The notes: generated by a model from the sequence alone, not told the origin. A stretch of 64,000 nucleotides of DNA from Candidatus Saccharimonadia bacterium (GCA_046597065.1 JBKJLI010000003.1:72219-136218), one strand, 5' to 3'. Positions 1 to 9,331 are shown, counted from the first letter of the stretch. Numbers and translations are program-made.

Positions 1-481
1 CGACCCCAAGCCTGTCGGCCAGGTCGATCACCTGTGCGTCTTCGGGTTCTTGCAGTTCGGCCTGTTTGTTATCCCAACCCCGCGTATCAACCACGTTTGC
101 CAGTTGCTGAAGCTGGCTGCGCACCTCGCGTGGATCTCGCCGCTTCATTACCGGCTTGGGCTTGGGCGGCTCCACCTTAAATACCTCGGCGATCGGCTCT
201 TTATCCCACAACCGTACTTTTGGGCGCACAAAATACTGCAGCACCGCCACTAAATAAGTTTCTAGCGGCTGATCCTCGCGTTGATATAAACCCAGAGCTA
301 GCAGCGCGAGCATTGGTGGCAGCCCAATTACGATCCAAATTACGATTACGCTTTTAAAGATTGCAAAGGTTAGCAACCCGTAGCCCACGCCAATTACGGC
401 GTAGATGAACTGCTTTAGCGACAGCGGCCCCAAAATCTTATCTTCAGACTCCACGTTCTGTGGAACTTTGTACTGACCCAT
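1..481 (-). CDS. PrgI/VirB3-like small membrane protein of a conjugative T4SS; partial, the 3' end runs off the left edge
   Basis: Minus-strand frame is open from ATG (complement of 479-481) through position 1. N-terminus MGQYKVPQNVESEDKILGPLSLKQFIYAVIGVGYGLLTFAIF matches the PrgI-family start (M..YKVPQ.VE.EDKI.GP) followed by TM helices. AGGAGGG Shine-Dalgarno 6 nt upstream. Not in the ORF track because it is open-ended. Confidence 0.6.
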   Translation of the reverse strand, partial: MGQYKVPQNVESEDKILGPLSLKQFIYAVIGVGYGLLTFAIFKSVIVIWIVIGLPPMLALLALGLYQREDQPLETYLVAVLQYFVRPKVRLWDKEPIAEVFKVEPPKPKPVMKRRDPREVRSQLQQLANVVDTRGWDNKQAELQEPEDAQVIDLADRLGV

Positions 482-555
482 ACCCTCCTACCAGAAGATG
501 CTTATGTTTTTATTATATACAGCTAGGCTCTCGATTGATACATCGAGTTTGGGTC

Positions 556-2862
556 TTACAGACCAAGCGTGGTTTTAATGTCGACCCAGTCATCCTCTTC
601 TTCAAGCTTTCGCCTAACGTTTTGCTGAACGGTACCGGCTTGGCTTTGGAACATCCTTACTGTACGTGCCCAGACGTCTTTGCCATTATCGGTTTCATCG
701 AACTGGTCCTTGTGTCGGCCCAGCATTAGCAGAGCCGCTACGCGCTTATCGGCCGTCATAAAGTCTTGCTTGTTATTGGCATTAAAGGCCTCTTCCATTA
801 CGGCTGGATCAAGCGTTTCACCATTAATACGTGCCAGCTGCTGGGCAATATCAACCTCTCTGGCGCTATCCCCTGCTAGGGTAGATTTAGCTGCCAACTT
901 AAAGTTATCGGCCAGATAATCTTGCTTAAGACTCTTATTAGACATGGCTCGGTTCATACCGCCAATGGCATCCGCATTGGCATCACCCATTTTAATTGGA
1001 TTGCCCAGCGCGTTGGTTTTGGTAAGATCTGTGCTGTCAGAACGATGCCGTGCGTAAAGGCCTGATGCCTTGGGCATATTCTTACCATTTTCACGTAGCA
1101 ACATTTGATAGTCGGCTTCGCTGCCCGAGTTCATTATGGCGGTGGCGACCTCTTCGCCCACCAGGTTATTTTCGGCCAATCGCCGCACAAAAGCCTGGCG
1201 CTGCTCGAGCGTGTTGGTGTAATCAAGCAGCGACTCTGCGCCCTGGTCTTGTAGATGCTGGCGAGCCTTTTGGCGTTGCTGCGGGTCGCCGTAATAGGCC
1301 TGCAATGCCATGCGCTGGTTCATCATGTCGGCATCTTTTAGCTCACCCAAAGCCTTGGTGGTATCGGTTACCACCTGTGATTCGGCCCGTTGGCGATCAG
1401 CCGGGTGGGTGCTGCGGCCGGCGTAGGCCAGGCTGCCCGCAGCAAATAAGCCACGACCGCCAGCCCGTACGGCAGCGTTTTTACTACCCATCATGCCTCC
1501 AAGCTTGTCCTCTACCTGGCGAACTCTGGCGTTACGTTTGGCATCAAAGTTCTTTTGAGTTTCTTTGTAGCGGGCGCTGTCTTTAGCCTTTTTATTCTGG
1601 CCACCCACAAACTTGCTATAGCGATTGTAGGCTTCGGACATCAGGCCCCCAGCCCATTTAAAGGTTTGAGTAACCGCGTAAAAACAGGCAGCAAAAATCA
1701 TAATCTTAATAACACTCGAAGTCAGCGATTGTCCAATACTGCCCGCCGTCGATCCACTATTTACGCTTACCGGGATTAAGCTACCAACATTAGAGGCCAC
1801 ACTTAAAATGGCGATGATAATTGGATACATTAGTACCAGTCGCACCAGCATTGTGCGCCACTTGTTAAAGTACTGCTCGGTGTTTGGTAGCACCATAGCC
1901 GCAAAAGCCAATGGAGATACCACCACCAAAATGCCGATTAGCAAATAACGGATGGCCAGAGTGGCAATAAAGCCAATAACCGCAATGATAATTACCAGCA
2001 TTAATGGTGCCGCCAGCGCCCAGTTTACTAGCGCCAGCACCACTAGCGCAGCGCCAATTGCGGTAATGTCATTTACCAATAAACTGATACTAAAGCCGGT
2101 AGTACTCCCGCCATGCAAGGCGCTGTGAATTAGCGAACCAATACCCACACCCATCAGATTGCCAAAATCGATTATCAGTGCCGAAATTAAGAATGAGGCT
2201 TGCACTAATACCGCCGCCGCAATTAACCGCGGCAGCATACGACGAATCGAGTAGTTTTTTATGTCCATCGATGCGGTGTTGGCAAAAATGATGAACAAAA
2301 AGATAAAAATAAATGCTATGTTGGCTAGTGTTCGGATAGCATCCCAGGTGTTGTACAGGTCACCCGTAAAACCTAAGGGCTCAACCGCCAAAAAGTTACT
2401 AATTAAGTCTTTGCCACCATCGGCAAAGATTCGCGAAACCTTATCGAACAGTGGGCAAACCAGCAAACTAGAGGCACCTTGAGCCTCGGCACACTTTTCT
2501 TCATCAACGCCGCTAACTGGCGGAGCGTTGGGGTCGGCGGTGCCAGCAGTTTGGTTGTACTGCACGTTCTGTTGGCCCCCGGCTCCTTGGTAGCCAGCTA
2601 CGCAACCGGCTTTTATATCGTTTTTAAAGCTCTGGCAAGCAGTCGTTTGGCTTAGCCCGGCTTCTGACCCATTAAATCCGGCCTTACAGGCAGAGGTTTT
2701 GGCAGTACTATCGGTGCCACAGGCTTCTTCGATAGTGGCAGCGGCGTGAGCAGTTGGAGCCGCCACAACACTTACCCGCCCCAACAACGGGCCGGCCAGG
2801 ATGATTAAAATGTAGGCTAGCACGGCCAGTGCGGCCGCCCGCACCGGACGCTTAAAACGCAT
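556..2862 (-). CDS. VirB6/TrbL-like polytopic membrane protein with a Cys-rich N-terminal ectodomain and a roughly 400-aa low-complexity C-terminal tail
   Basis: 768 aa. Signal peptide, then a Cys-rich ectodomain, then about 6 TM helices (IAFIFIFLFIIFANTASMD...LVVVSPLAFAAMVLPNTEQYFNKWRTMLVRLVLMYPIIIAIL) resembling the TrbL/VirB6 core. Long Q/R/A/K-rich hydrophilic tail. Tandem paralog of 2946-5627. Confidence 0.55.
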   Translation of the reverse strand: MRFKRPVRAAALAVLAYILIILAGPLLGRVSVVAAPTAHAAATIEEACGTDSTAKTSACKAGFNGSEAGLSQTTACQSFKNDIKAGCVAGYQGAGGQQNVQYNQTAGTADPNAPPVSGVDEEKCAEAQGASSLLVCPLFDKVSRIFADGGKDLISNFLAVEPLGFTGDLYNTWDAIRTLANIAFIFIFLFIIFANTASMDIKNYSIRRMLPRLIAAAVLVQASFLISALIIDFGNLMGVGIGSLIHSALHGGSTTGFSISLLVNDITAIGAALVVLALVNWALAAPLMLVIIIAVIGFIATLAIRYLLIGILVVVSPLAFAAMVLPNTEQYFNKWRTMLVRLVLMYPIIIAILSVASNVGSLIPVSVNSGSTAGSIGQSLTSSVIKIMIFAACFYAVTQTFKWAGGLMSEAYNRYSKFVGGQNKKAKDSARYKETQKNFDAKRNARVRQVEDKLGGMMGSKNAAVRAGGRGLFAAGSLAYAGRSTHPADRQRAESQVVTDTTKALGELKDADMMNQRMALQAYYGDPQQRQKARQHLQDQGAESLLDYTNTLEQRQAFVRRLAENNLVGEEVATAIMNSGSEADYQMLLRENGKNMPKASGLYARHRSDSTDLTKTNALGNPIKMGDANADAIGGMNRAMSNKSLKQDYLADNFKLAAKSTLAGDSAREVDIAQQLARINGETLDPAVMEEAFNANNKQDFMTADKRVAALLMLGRHKDQFDETDNGKDVWARTVRMFQSQAGTVQQNVRRKLEEEDDWVDIKTTLGL

Positions 2863-2945
2863 TAATTTCCTATCTATCTTTTCAAGACGAATAGATAAGA
2901 GTACTACATCTGGCCAACAGATTCAAGGATAAGCTGTTTGATCAA

Positions 2946-5627
2946 TTAATCTGGTTTGAGGGCCCCATATGCATCTATTTTGTTTTCTACGTAGTACTTG
3001 TTAGTATCAAATCTTTCAAGTGCATCCTTTGCCTCGACTTGTTCGGCTGGAGTCAATCCACCCCCGGCTAGTTTTGCAGCAAGTGCTGCTCTGGTTGCTT
3101 GACCCTGTGCCCCGGTAAAAGCCTCACGGAATGCAATTCTACCGGCAGCGGAGGTTTTATCAGCCCTAACGCCCGTCAGGGCTTTCTCTACAGTAGTTGT
3201 ATCAAGATGAAGTATGGAGCCACCATCAATGCTCCATTTGCTATCGGCCCTGGCAGCCTCGCCAGGGTTCCCTCCGAAAGTACGAGCAACTGATCCGCCA
3301 TCGGCCAGCTGCTTAGCCAAACTTTCGCCGTTGGTTCTAGCTATAACACCACTTTGTACTTTGCCCTTAGCATCAAGACCACCGAATGCAACGGCAGGAT
3401 CCGACCCGAATAAATCGCCCGCATCAGTAGTTCCAAGCGAAAATACCTCTTCTGATGCTAATCGCTGTCGGCTCCCAGCCGGTGCTTTATCTAGCGCCAA
3501 TCTAACAGCTTCCACGCTGCTACCCTTACCATCTTGGGCTAATGTCCTCAGTGCAGCTGCTTGACCGTGTGTTGATCCAGCGTAGTGTGCAAGATGAGCA
3601 ACATTATCATTGGGATTATCTTTAGCGTATTGCTTTAAGCCTGCACTACCCATTGCAATTGCCTCTAGTAATTTGGGATTGGTAACACCAAGATCTTTTA
3701 GTTCTTTTTGTTGATCTTGAGTTAATTTCTGAGCGCTTCTTTGCTGCTCCAACTTATTTGATGTACCGGCACCAACTGCGAAACCGGCAACTCCACCAAG
3801 AGTGCCTCTAGCCACGCGTGAAGCAATATTAGTTCCACCAAGACCAGGAGTTTTATCTAGTTTGTCATTTAGCCACTGCCGTCGGCCGAGACGGCTGGAG
3901 TCTCTGTTTTGATTCATTCGCTGGTAGGCACCTGAATCTTTGAACTTGCCTTGTGAGGCTTTTCCAGCCGGGTTTGATATTCGATTAACCAAACCCGATG
4001 TAGCATTCATAACACCACCGGCCCACTTAAAGGTCCATGGAACCAAGAAGAATGCAATTATTGGGTAAAGCCCACTAACAATGGTTTGAATTGAACCACT
4101 AAACGCCGACCCACCACCGCTTGGCCTGGAAGCCGCCGCCAAAATAGTCGCCATTGAAAATATAATTACAATAAGAGGGTACATTAATATGACTCTGGTT
4201 AAAGTTTTCCACCAGGTTTTAAAGATATTTTCTGTCCCTGGCAATACCCAAGCTGCGAATGCTAGCGGAGAAAAGATAATTAATACGCTGATAATTAGTT
4301 TTCGTAACACTAAGGTAACGACAACTGATATAACACCAAAGAATGCACCAATTGCGAATAGCAGTATGGTCGGTGCCCCAACAACCCAGATAGCAACAGC
4401 GGCGAGTGCCCCTATACCTAAAATTGCACCAAGGGCGTCGCCAAGGAATGAAAAGATATTGCCGGCACTATTATCTCCAACTTTTGGCACGGCAACCTTA
4501 ACCAGTTCCTGGATGCCACCACCAAGAATATTGCCTATATCAATTAAGAGCGCACAGACCAAGAATGAAGCTTGTACTAAGATAGCTGCGGCCACCAGAC
4601 GGGGCAGCATTTTTTTAATAGTGTAAGCATTAACGTTGAACGACAACATATTTGCAATAAGGATATAAAGGAATATCAAGACAAAGGTAATATCTGCCAA
4701 AATAAGCATATTACCCCAGATTTTATATAGGCTATCCCCTAAGCTGTTTTGGCCGGTAACTATAAGTGGCTGATATTTAAGTTCATCGATAACTAGCCCT
4801 TTAAACAAAGCATTTGCCGTGTTAGATAGTAGCTCTACTGCAGGACAAAGCACCCATGCCAATTTACCGGCGCTTTGGTCGCAAGGGTCGTTATCGCCAC
4901 CACCACCACCGTTTCCGCTAGTATCGGTTTGATCGGCAATTTTGGTGCCATTAATTTCTTTTGAAGTCTGTGGGGTTGGCCAGGTGCCCTTAGCACTGCT
5001 AGATAGTTTGGTGTAGTTAGCAAGCTGTATTGTTTGAGATCCTTTGCGCAGATTTTGAGGGATACAACTAAGTGGTAGATCGCCATAATATTTGTTGCCA
5101 CCACTTTCGGGAGCACCGGCGGATTGTGGCCAATAAGCCTCAAAATAGTTAACTGTGCCGGATAAGTTTTTTACGTCGGCTAGGTCGGGCGGCCCGGCAA
5201 AGTATTTAACCGCAATTTTTAAATAGATATGGTAAATTTTGGCGCCACCGGCGGCCACAATCTTGTTGTTTGAGCTGTCGCAGTAGTAGTCGCCATAGTA
5301 GCTGACCGTACGGCTACCTGCGGATGGAGTTTGAAAATCGTCGGCATTAGAGCCGGCGGCAAAGGTTACCGGTGCGCTGTTATTGATCTTGGCATACACC
5401 GTGGTGTACTGCATGCCATCTGTAAAGTCTGATAAAGCGCTACTGCCAGTGGTAACCGATTTTTTGATTTCAGCCATGTGGGCTGGGTCCATGTAGACGA
5501 TGTAGGAGTCACCGGCGGCATGTGCAGCAGGAGTCAGGCCTATAATCACGGCGGGCGCAATCGACCAAAACAGCATAACGGCTGCAGCAATAATTGATGG
5601 CGGATTCGCCCACCTCTTCATAAGCAT
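2946..5627 (-). CDS. VirB6/TrbL-like polytopic membrane protein, tandem paralog
   Basis: TM core aligns closely with the upstream paralog (KKMLPRLVAAAILVQASFLVCALLIDIGNILGGG; LIISVLIIFSPLAFAAWVLPGTENIFKTWWKTL). Start chosen at MLMKRW (signal-peptide-like) rather than the ORF-track ATG at 5657. Gly-rich and Cys-containing ectodomain; long low-complexity C-terminal tail. Confidence 0.55.
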   Translation of the reverse strand: MLMKRWANPPSIIAAAVMLFWSIAPAVIIGLTPAAHAAGDSYIVYMDPAHMAEIKKSVTTGSSALSDFTDGMQYTTVYAKINNSAPVTFAAGSNADDFQTPSAGSRTVSYYGDYYCDSSNNKIVAAGGAKIYHIYLKIAVKYFAGPPDLADVKNLSGTVNYFEAYWPQSAGAPESGGNKYYGDLPLSCIPQNLRKGSQTIQLANYTKLSSSAKGTWPTPQTSKEINGTKIADQTDTSGNGGGGGDNDPCDQSAGKLAWVLCPAVELLSNTANALFKGLVIDELKYQPLIVTGQNSLGDSLYKIWGNMLILADITFVLIFLYILIANMLSFNVNAYTIKKMLPRLVAAAILVQASFLVCALLIDIGNILGGGIQELVKVAVPKVGDNSAGNIFSFLGDALGAILGIGALAAVAIWVVGAPTILLFAIGAFFGVISVVVTLVLRKLIISVLIIFSPLAFAAWVLPGTENIFKTWWKTLTRVILMYPLIVIIFSMATILAAASRPSGGGSAFSGSIQTIVSGLYPIIAFFLVPWTFKWAGGVMNATSGLVNRISNPAGKASQGKFKDSGAYQRMNQNRDSSRLGRRQWLNDKLDKTPGLGGTNIASRVARGTLGGVAGFAVGAGTSNKLEQQRSAQKLTQDQQKELKDLGVTNPKLLEAIAMGSAGLKQYAKDNPNDNVAHLAHYAGSTHGQAAALRTLAQDGKGSSVEAVRLALDKAPAGSRQRLASEEVFSLGTTDAGDLFGSDPAVAFGGLDAKGKVQSGVIARTNGESLAKQLADGGSVARTFGGNPGEAARADSKWSIDGGSILHLDTTTVEKALTGVRADKTSAAGRIAFREAFTGAQGQATRAALAAKLAGGGLTPAEQVEAKDALERFDTNKYYVENKIDAYGALKPD

Positions 5628-5688
5628 AAGTGTAATTGATTTGGGCTCGCATTGCACATCGAGCGCTTATCAGGATAGAATAGGCCCA

Positions 5689-6087
5689 ATGATAAGCGCT
5701 TTAAATCAACGACTAGTCCAGACCGCTGTTTACGCCAGTGCAGTAATAGCTGCAGCTATGCCAGCTGTCGCCCAGGCGGCGGCCGACTCTTGTGGCGGGG
5801 TTAAGGTTAGTTCGGCACTTTCTGGTTTGTGCAAAGACAGCCAGGCCAACCCGATCTTTGCGTTGGCCTCTGCCGGTATTTACTTTTTTAGCTCTCTGTT
5901 CGGCTTGTTGCTTGTGCTAGTAATTGTGATTTCGGGCATTCAATACATTACTTCGGCCGGTAGTTCCGACGGCACCAAAGAAGCTAAGGAACGTTTAAAG
6001 GCGGCCGTTACCGGATTAGTACTGTTCATACTTATGTTTGCCATCCTTCAACTACTATTACCTGATAGCGTGAAGCTTTTCCGATGA
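5689..6087 (+). CDS. Small secreted two-TM pilin-like protein (TrbC/VirB2-like), paralog 1 of 8
   Basis: Signal peptide, Cys pair in a variable N-terminal segment, and the conserved C-terminal module ...GIQYITSAGSSDGTKEAKERLKAAVTGLVLFIL. Start taken at Met17 of the ORF; TTG at 5641 is the alternative. Divergent from the VirB6-like gene. Confidence 0.6.
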   Translation: MISALNQRLVQTAVYASAVIAAAMPAVAQAAADSCGGVKVSSALSGLCKDSQANPIFALASAGIYFFSSLFGLLLVLVIVISGIQYITSAGSSDGTKEAKERLKAAVTGLVLFILMFAILQLLLPDSVKLFR

Positions 6088-6413
6088 TTCTACTCCCCCA
6101 CTTTGTTGAGTTTGCTCGCCAATCCTGGCCCCCCAGTCTGTACAACGGTTTAACCAATACCAAAGGCGACGTGCAAATTACCAAGTTGACTGACTTTTTA
6201 ACCATTATTGCCAACTTAATCCAGATTTTGATGTCGATTTCAGCCGTTTTAGCTGTCATCTTTATAGTTTGGTCGGGCATACAGTTCGCGGCTTCTAGTG
6301 GCGACCCCGGCCGGGTAAAAGAGGCCCGTAACGGCTTAATCAACGCCATTATTGGTCTGATAATTTCGGGCGGTGCTTACTTACTAGTCGACTTTTTTGC
6401 GAGGCAGTTTTAA
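6084..6413 (+). CDS. Pilin-like two-TM protein, paralog 2
   Basis: Conserved module SGIQFAASSGDPGRVKEARNGLINAIIGLII. ATGA overlap with the upstream gene indicates translational coupling. Confidence 0.6.
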   Translation: MILLPHFVEFARQSWPPSLYNGLTNTKGDVQITKLTDFLTIIANLIQILMSISAVLAVIFIVWSGIQFAASSGDPGRVKEARNGLINAIIGLIISGGAYLLVDFFARQF

Positions 6414-6730
6414 TGATTGGCGCCAAGCTTGCAGCCGACCTACAGGGTTGTACCGGCCCCAACTGCGTTGATACCCCAGACCATATTAATCTTATAAGCA
6501 ACGTATCATTGGGTAGTGGTGCTACCGGCATCATTAACGTCATGACCTTAATAGCCATTGTGGTGGCAACCATATTTTTAATGATTGCCGGTATCAGGTT
6601 TGTGACCGGCGGCAGTAATGCCCAACAAATTGCTGGTGCTCGTAACACCATTACTTATGCAATTATTGGCATGATTGTGGCGATTCTAGCCCGCATTATT
6701 GTTGGGTTTATCTTACAAAACAGTCCCTAA
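6413..6730 (+). CDS. Pilin-like two-TM protein, paralog 3
   Basis: Module AGIRFVTGGSNAQQIAGARNTITYAIIGMIVAIL. Cys pair CTGPNC in the variable N-terminus. TAATG overlap with the upstream gene. Confidence 0.6.
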   Translation: MIGAKLAADLQGCTGPNCVDTPDHINLISNVSLGSGATGIINVMTLIAIVVATIFLMIAGIRFVTGGSNAQQIAGARNTITYAIIGMIVAILARIIVGFILQNSP

Positions 6731-6760
6731 GCTTTACACACTCCTGGAGCTTCAGATACA

Positions 6761-7183
6761 ATGCAGGCAATGAAAGCAGTTATGTTCAGGCAGGCGGCGG
6801 TAACCATGTTGATGCTAACGCTCGGCCTTTTTGCAGCACCGCTAGCCTTTGCCGATCAAAGCGGTAAGATCAGCCAACCAGCTTGTAAAGCTGCAGCCGA
6901 TGCCGGTCAGGCCGCTCCACCAGGTTGTAACGGCACTACTCTTGAAAGTACGGGTACAACCACCGGATACTTAGATGTATTAATGAACGCCTTGGTGTTT
7001 GTTGGCGCCGCCACGGCCGTTATCTTTATAATAGTCGGTGGAATTCGTTTTATGACTGCAACCGGCGACCCCGGCCGTATCAAGCAGGCAAAAGATACTG
7101 TGCTTTACGCCGTGCTAGGCTTAGTGGTGCTATTATTAGTGCGCTTTATTATCGCCTTTGTGGTTGGTAGTGTTAAGGTATAG
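6761..7183 (+). CDS. Pilin-like two-TM protein, paralog 4
   Basis: Signal peptide. Cys pair PACK...PPGCNG. Module GGIRFMTATGDPGRIKQAKDTVLYAVLGLVVLL. Confidence 0.6.
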   Translation: MQAMKAVMFRQAAVTMLMLTLGLFAAPLAFADQSGKISQPACKAAADAGQAAPPGCNGTTLESTGTTTGYLDVLMNALVFVGAATAVIFIIVGGIRFMTATGDPGRIKQAKDTVLYAVLGLVVLLLVRFIIAFVVGSVKV

Positions 7184-7190
7184 GATAAAT

Positions 7191-7589
7191 ATGATGACCA
7201 AGTTAAAACGATCACTTAAAACAATTTTGACCGCCATGATGTTTGGTGTAATGCTGCTGCCGGCAGTATCATTTGCCGCAACAACTCCTCCAGTACCAGC
7301 ATCTGGCACCAACGCCGCCGCTTGCGATGGTGCTAAGGCCGTTGGCGCCACCTGTACAGACACCGGGCTTAAAGGCAGCCTTACCGCCATTTTTGAGGCC
7401 TTATTTTATATTATTGGCGCAATCGCGGTATTAATTATTATTTTGGCCGGTATCTACTACATCACCAGCACCGGCGACTCTGCGCGCATTAAGCGCGCCA
7501 AAGACACCATGCTTTATGCAGTGATTGGCCTAGCTCTGACCATATTAGCCCGGGCTATCGTTGGCTTTGTTATTGGCAGATTAGCCTAA
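7191..7589 (+). CDS. Pilin-like two-TM protein, paralog 5
   Basis: Start at MMTKLKRSL (signal peptide). Cys pair ACDG...ATCTD. Module AGIYYITSTGDSARIKRAKDTMLYAVIGLAL. Confidence 0.6.
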   Translation: MMTKLKRSLKTILTAMMFGVMLLPAVSFAATTPPVPASGTNAAACDGAKAVGATCTDTGLKGSLTAIFEALFYIIGAIAVLIIILAGIYYITSTGDSARIKRAKDTMLYAVIGLALTILARAIVGFVIGRLA

Positions 7590-7951
7590 TGCAGCGAGCG
7601 TTGGTAGCCATAGCTGGCACCGCACTTTGGCCACTAGCTGCAACCGCTGCAACCGTTGGCGAAGGTCTATGCGAAGGGTCGGGCGCCTGTACAACTCCTG
7701 GTACACCCGTTAATCCCAACGGCACGCTCGAAAAGCAAATTGGTAACATTTCTAATATAATTCTTTATCTCGCCGCCGCACTGGCAGTAATAGTAATAAT
7801 CTTCGGCGGCGTTCGATACATTACTTCAACTGGCGATGCGGGTCGGGTTAAGCAAGCCAAAGACACCATTACTTATGGAGTGATCGGCTTGGCGATTGCC
7901 ATTTTGGCCTATGCGATCGTAAGATTTGTAATTTCCAAACTAATAACCTAG
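7589..7951 (+). CDS. Pilin-like two-TM protein, paralog 6
   Basis: TAATG coupling with the upstream gene. Cys pair CEGSGACT. Module GGVRYITSTGDAGRVKQAKDTITYGVIGLAIAIL. Confidence 0.6.
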   Translation: MQRALVAIAGTALWPLAATAATVGEGLCEGSGACTTPGTPVNPNGTLEKQIGNISNIILYLAAALAVIVIIFGGVRYITSTGDAGRVKQAKDTITYGVIGLAIAILAYAIVRFVISKLIT

Positions 7952-7962
7952 GAATCAATACC

Positions 7963-8322
7963 ATGAAAATCACATCCAAACTCACCTACGCCTCACTGCT
8001 AGCCTTAAGTTATGCGCCAGCTGCTCTTGCTGCTGGCGATCCATTAAAAGAGGGCTCAACTGCCGCCAAACCCGACGGGATTGGCAAGGCCGATGATCTT
8101 ACCACCTCGTTTCATACCATTGCCAACATCTTAATCTTTCTAGTGGGAGCTATTTCTGTAATCGTTTTGATTTACGGTGGTTTCTTATATGTTGTATCAA
8201 CCGGAGATCAGGGCAGAGTAAAGCAAGCCAAAGAAACCATTCAATACGCCATAATAGGCATCATCGTCGCCATATTGGCTTATGCAATCGTAGCCTTTGT
8301 AACTACTAGCTTAATAAAGTAA
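7963..8322 (+). CDS. Pilin-like two-TM protein, paralog 7 (no Cys pair)
   Basis: Signal peptide. Module GGFLYVVSTGDQGRVKQAKETIQYAIIGIIVAIL. Confidence 0.6.
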   Translation: MKITSKLTYASLLALSYAPAALAAGDPLKEGSTAAKPDGIGKADDLTTSFHTIANILIFLVGAISVIVLIYGGFLYVVSTGDQGRVKQAKETIQYAIIGIIVAILAYAIVAFVTTSLIK

Positions 8323-8395
8323 GCGCTTTCAGGTTGTTACCAGATATGCTACAATCGGCTCAAAATCAGTCAATTTAATTCAAAAAGGAAAACTC

Positions 8396-8830
8396 GTGAG
8401 TACTCCAACCCCAAAACAAGTCGTTAGAAAGGTCGCCGAAGCCGGTGTCTTCTTTAGCACCTTCCTACCAGTAACCGCTTTGGCCGCTACCTCTACCGGT
8501 AACTGCGACCCTACTACCGGCAATATCGCCGATGGTGCTAAGTGCTCTCAGGCCGCCCAAAGTCAGCCCAACAATCTATTTGGCCCTGATGGTGTGTTCC
8601 AGCAGATTTCTAATATCCTAATCTTCTTGGTCGGCGCCATCTCGGTTATTATGTTGATCTTTGGTGGGCTGCGCTACGTAATTTCGAGTGGTGAAAAAGG
8701 CGCGGTAGAGGGTGCCAAGAACACCATCCTTTATGCCGTGATCGGTATTGTAGTCGCCATTCTGGCCTACGCCATTGTTGGCTTTGTTACCGATAGCTTA
8801 ACCCAAAACGTTGGCTCTACCACTCCGTAA
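8396..8830 (+). CDS. Pilin-like two-TM protein, paralog 8
   Basis: GTG start with AAAGGAAAA upstream. Cys pair GNCDP...AKCSQ. Module GGLRYVISSGEKGAVEGAKNTILYAVIGIVVAIL. A possible internal promoter with an extended -10 (TGCTACAAT) lies at about 8350. Confidence 0.55.
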   Translation: MSTPTPKQVVRKVAEAGVFFSTFLPVTALAATSTGNCDPTTGNIADGAKCSQAAQSQPNNLFGPDGVFQQISNILIFLVGAISVIMLIFGGLRYVISSGEKGAVEGAKNTILYAVIGIVVAILAYAIVGFVTDSLTQNVGSTTP

Positions 8831-8850
8831 CTCAATCTAAATTGACATTA

Positions 8851-8876
8851 AAAAAGACCCCGCGGGGTCTTTTTTA
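8851..8876 (+). terminator. Rho-independent terminator closing the pilin-like array; bidirectional-looking, with an A-run upstream
   Basis: AAAAAGACCCCGCGGGGTCTTTTTT: perfect 14-nt GC-rich palindrome flanked by A- and T-runs. Confidence 0.8.
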
Positions 8877-8893
8877 ATTGGTAACACCAGAGT

Positions 8894-9331
8894 TTAGCTG
8901 GCGATTACGCGGATCTTCTTAACCTTGTCTTGGATGATCTTGGGGATGGCAATACTAAGTACACCATTCTTTAAGCTAGCCTCTGCCTTATCGGCGTTAA
9001 CGCTAACTGGCATTATGATTGAGCGGCTAAAGGCGCCCCAGTAGCATTCCTGCACGTAGTAGTTTTCGCGATCAACGGTGCTATCTTCGACCCGCTCGCC
9101 ACGAATGGTAACTACGTCTTCGGCAATAGCGACTTCTAGATTCTTAGGATCGACTCCGGCGATTGGCGCTTTAATTACCACGCTGTCTTTGGTTTGATAA
9201 ACATCAACTGCTAGCTGACCCTCTACGCCATCATCGGGGTCTTCTTCTTCGAGCCAGTCGGTGCTTACCACTTCGTCGTCATTTATAAAATCATCTTGCA
9301 AGATATCGTCTGAATCGGGTTTTTTTGCCAC
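8894..9331 (-). CDS. Hsp20/alpha-crystallin family small heat-shock protein
   Basis: Acidic N-terminus, then the alpha-crystallin domain (VDVYQTKDSVVIKAPIAGVDPKNLEVAIAEDVVTIRGER...ASLKNGVLSIAIPK). Confidence 0.85.
   Translation of the reverse strand: MAKKPDSDDILQDDFINDDEVVSTDWLEEEDPDDGVEGQLAVDVYQTKDSVVIKAPIAGVDPKNLEVAIAEDVVTIRGERVEDSTVDRENYYVQECYWGAFSRSIIMPVSVNADKAEASLKNGVLSIAIPKIIQDKVKKIRVIAS

Noticed and set aside
460-1586. Plus-strand ORFs 460-729, 680-919 and 1050-1586 near the left edge
   Set aside because: They are antisense to or overlap the PrgI-like and VirB6-like genes and have no motifs. Spurious.
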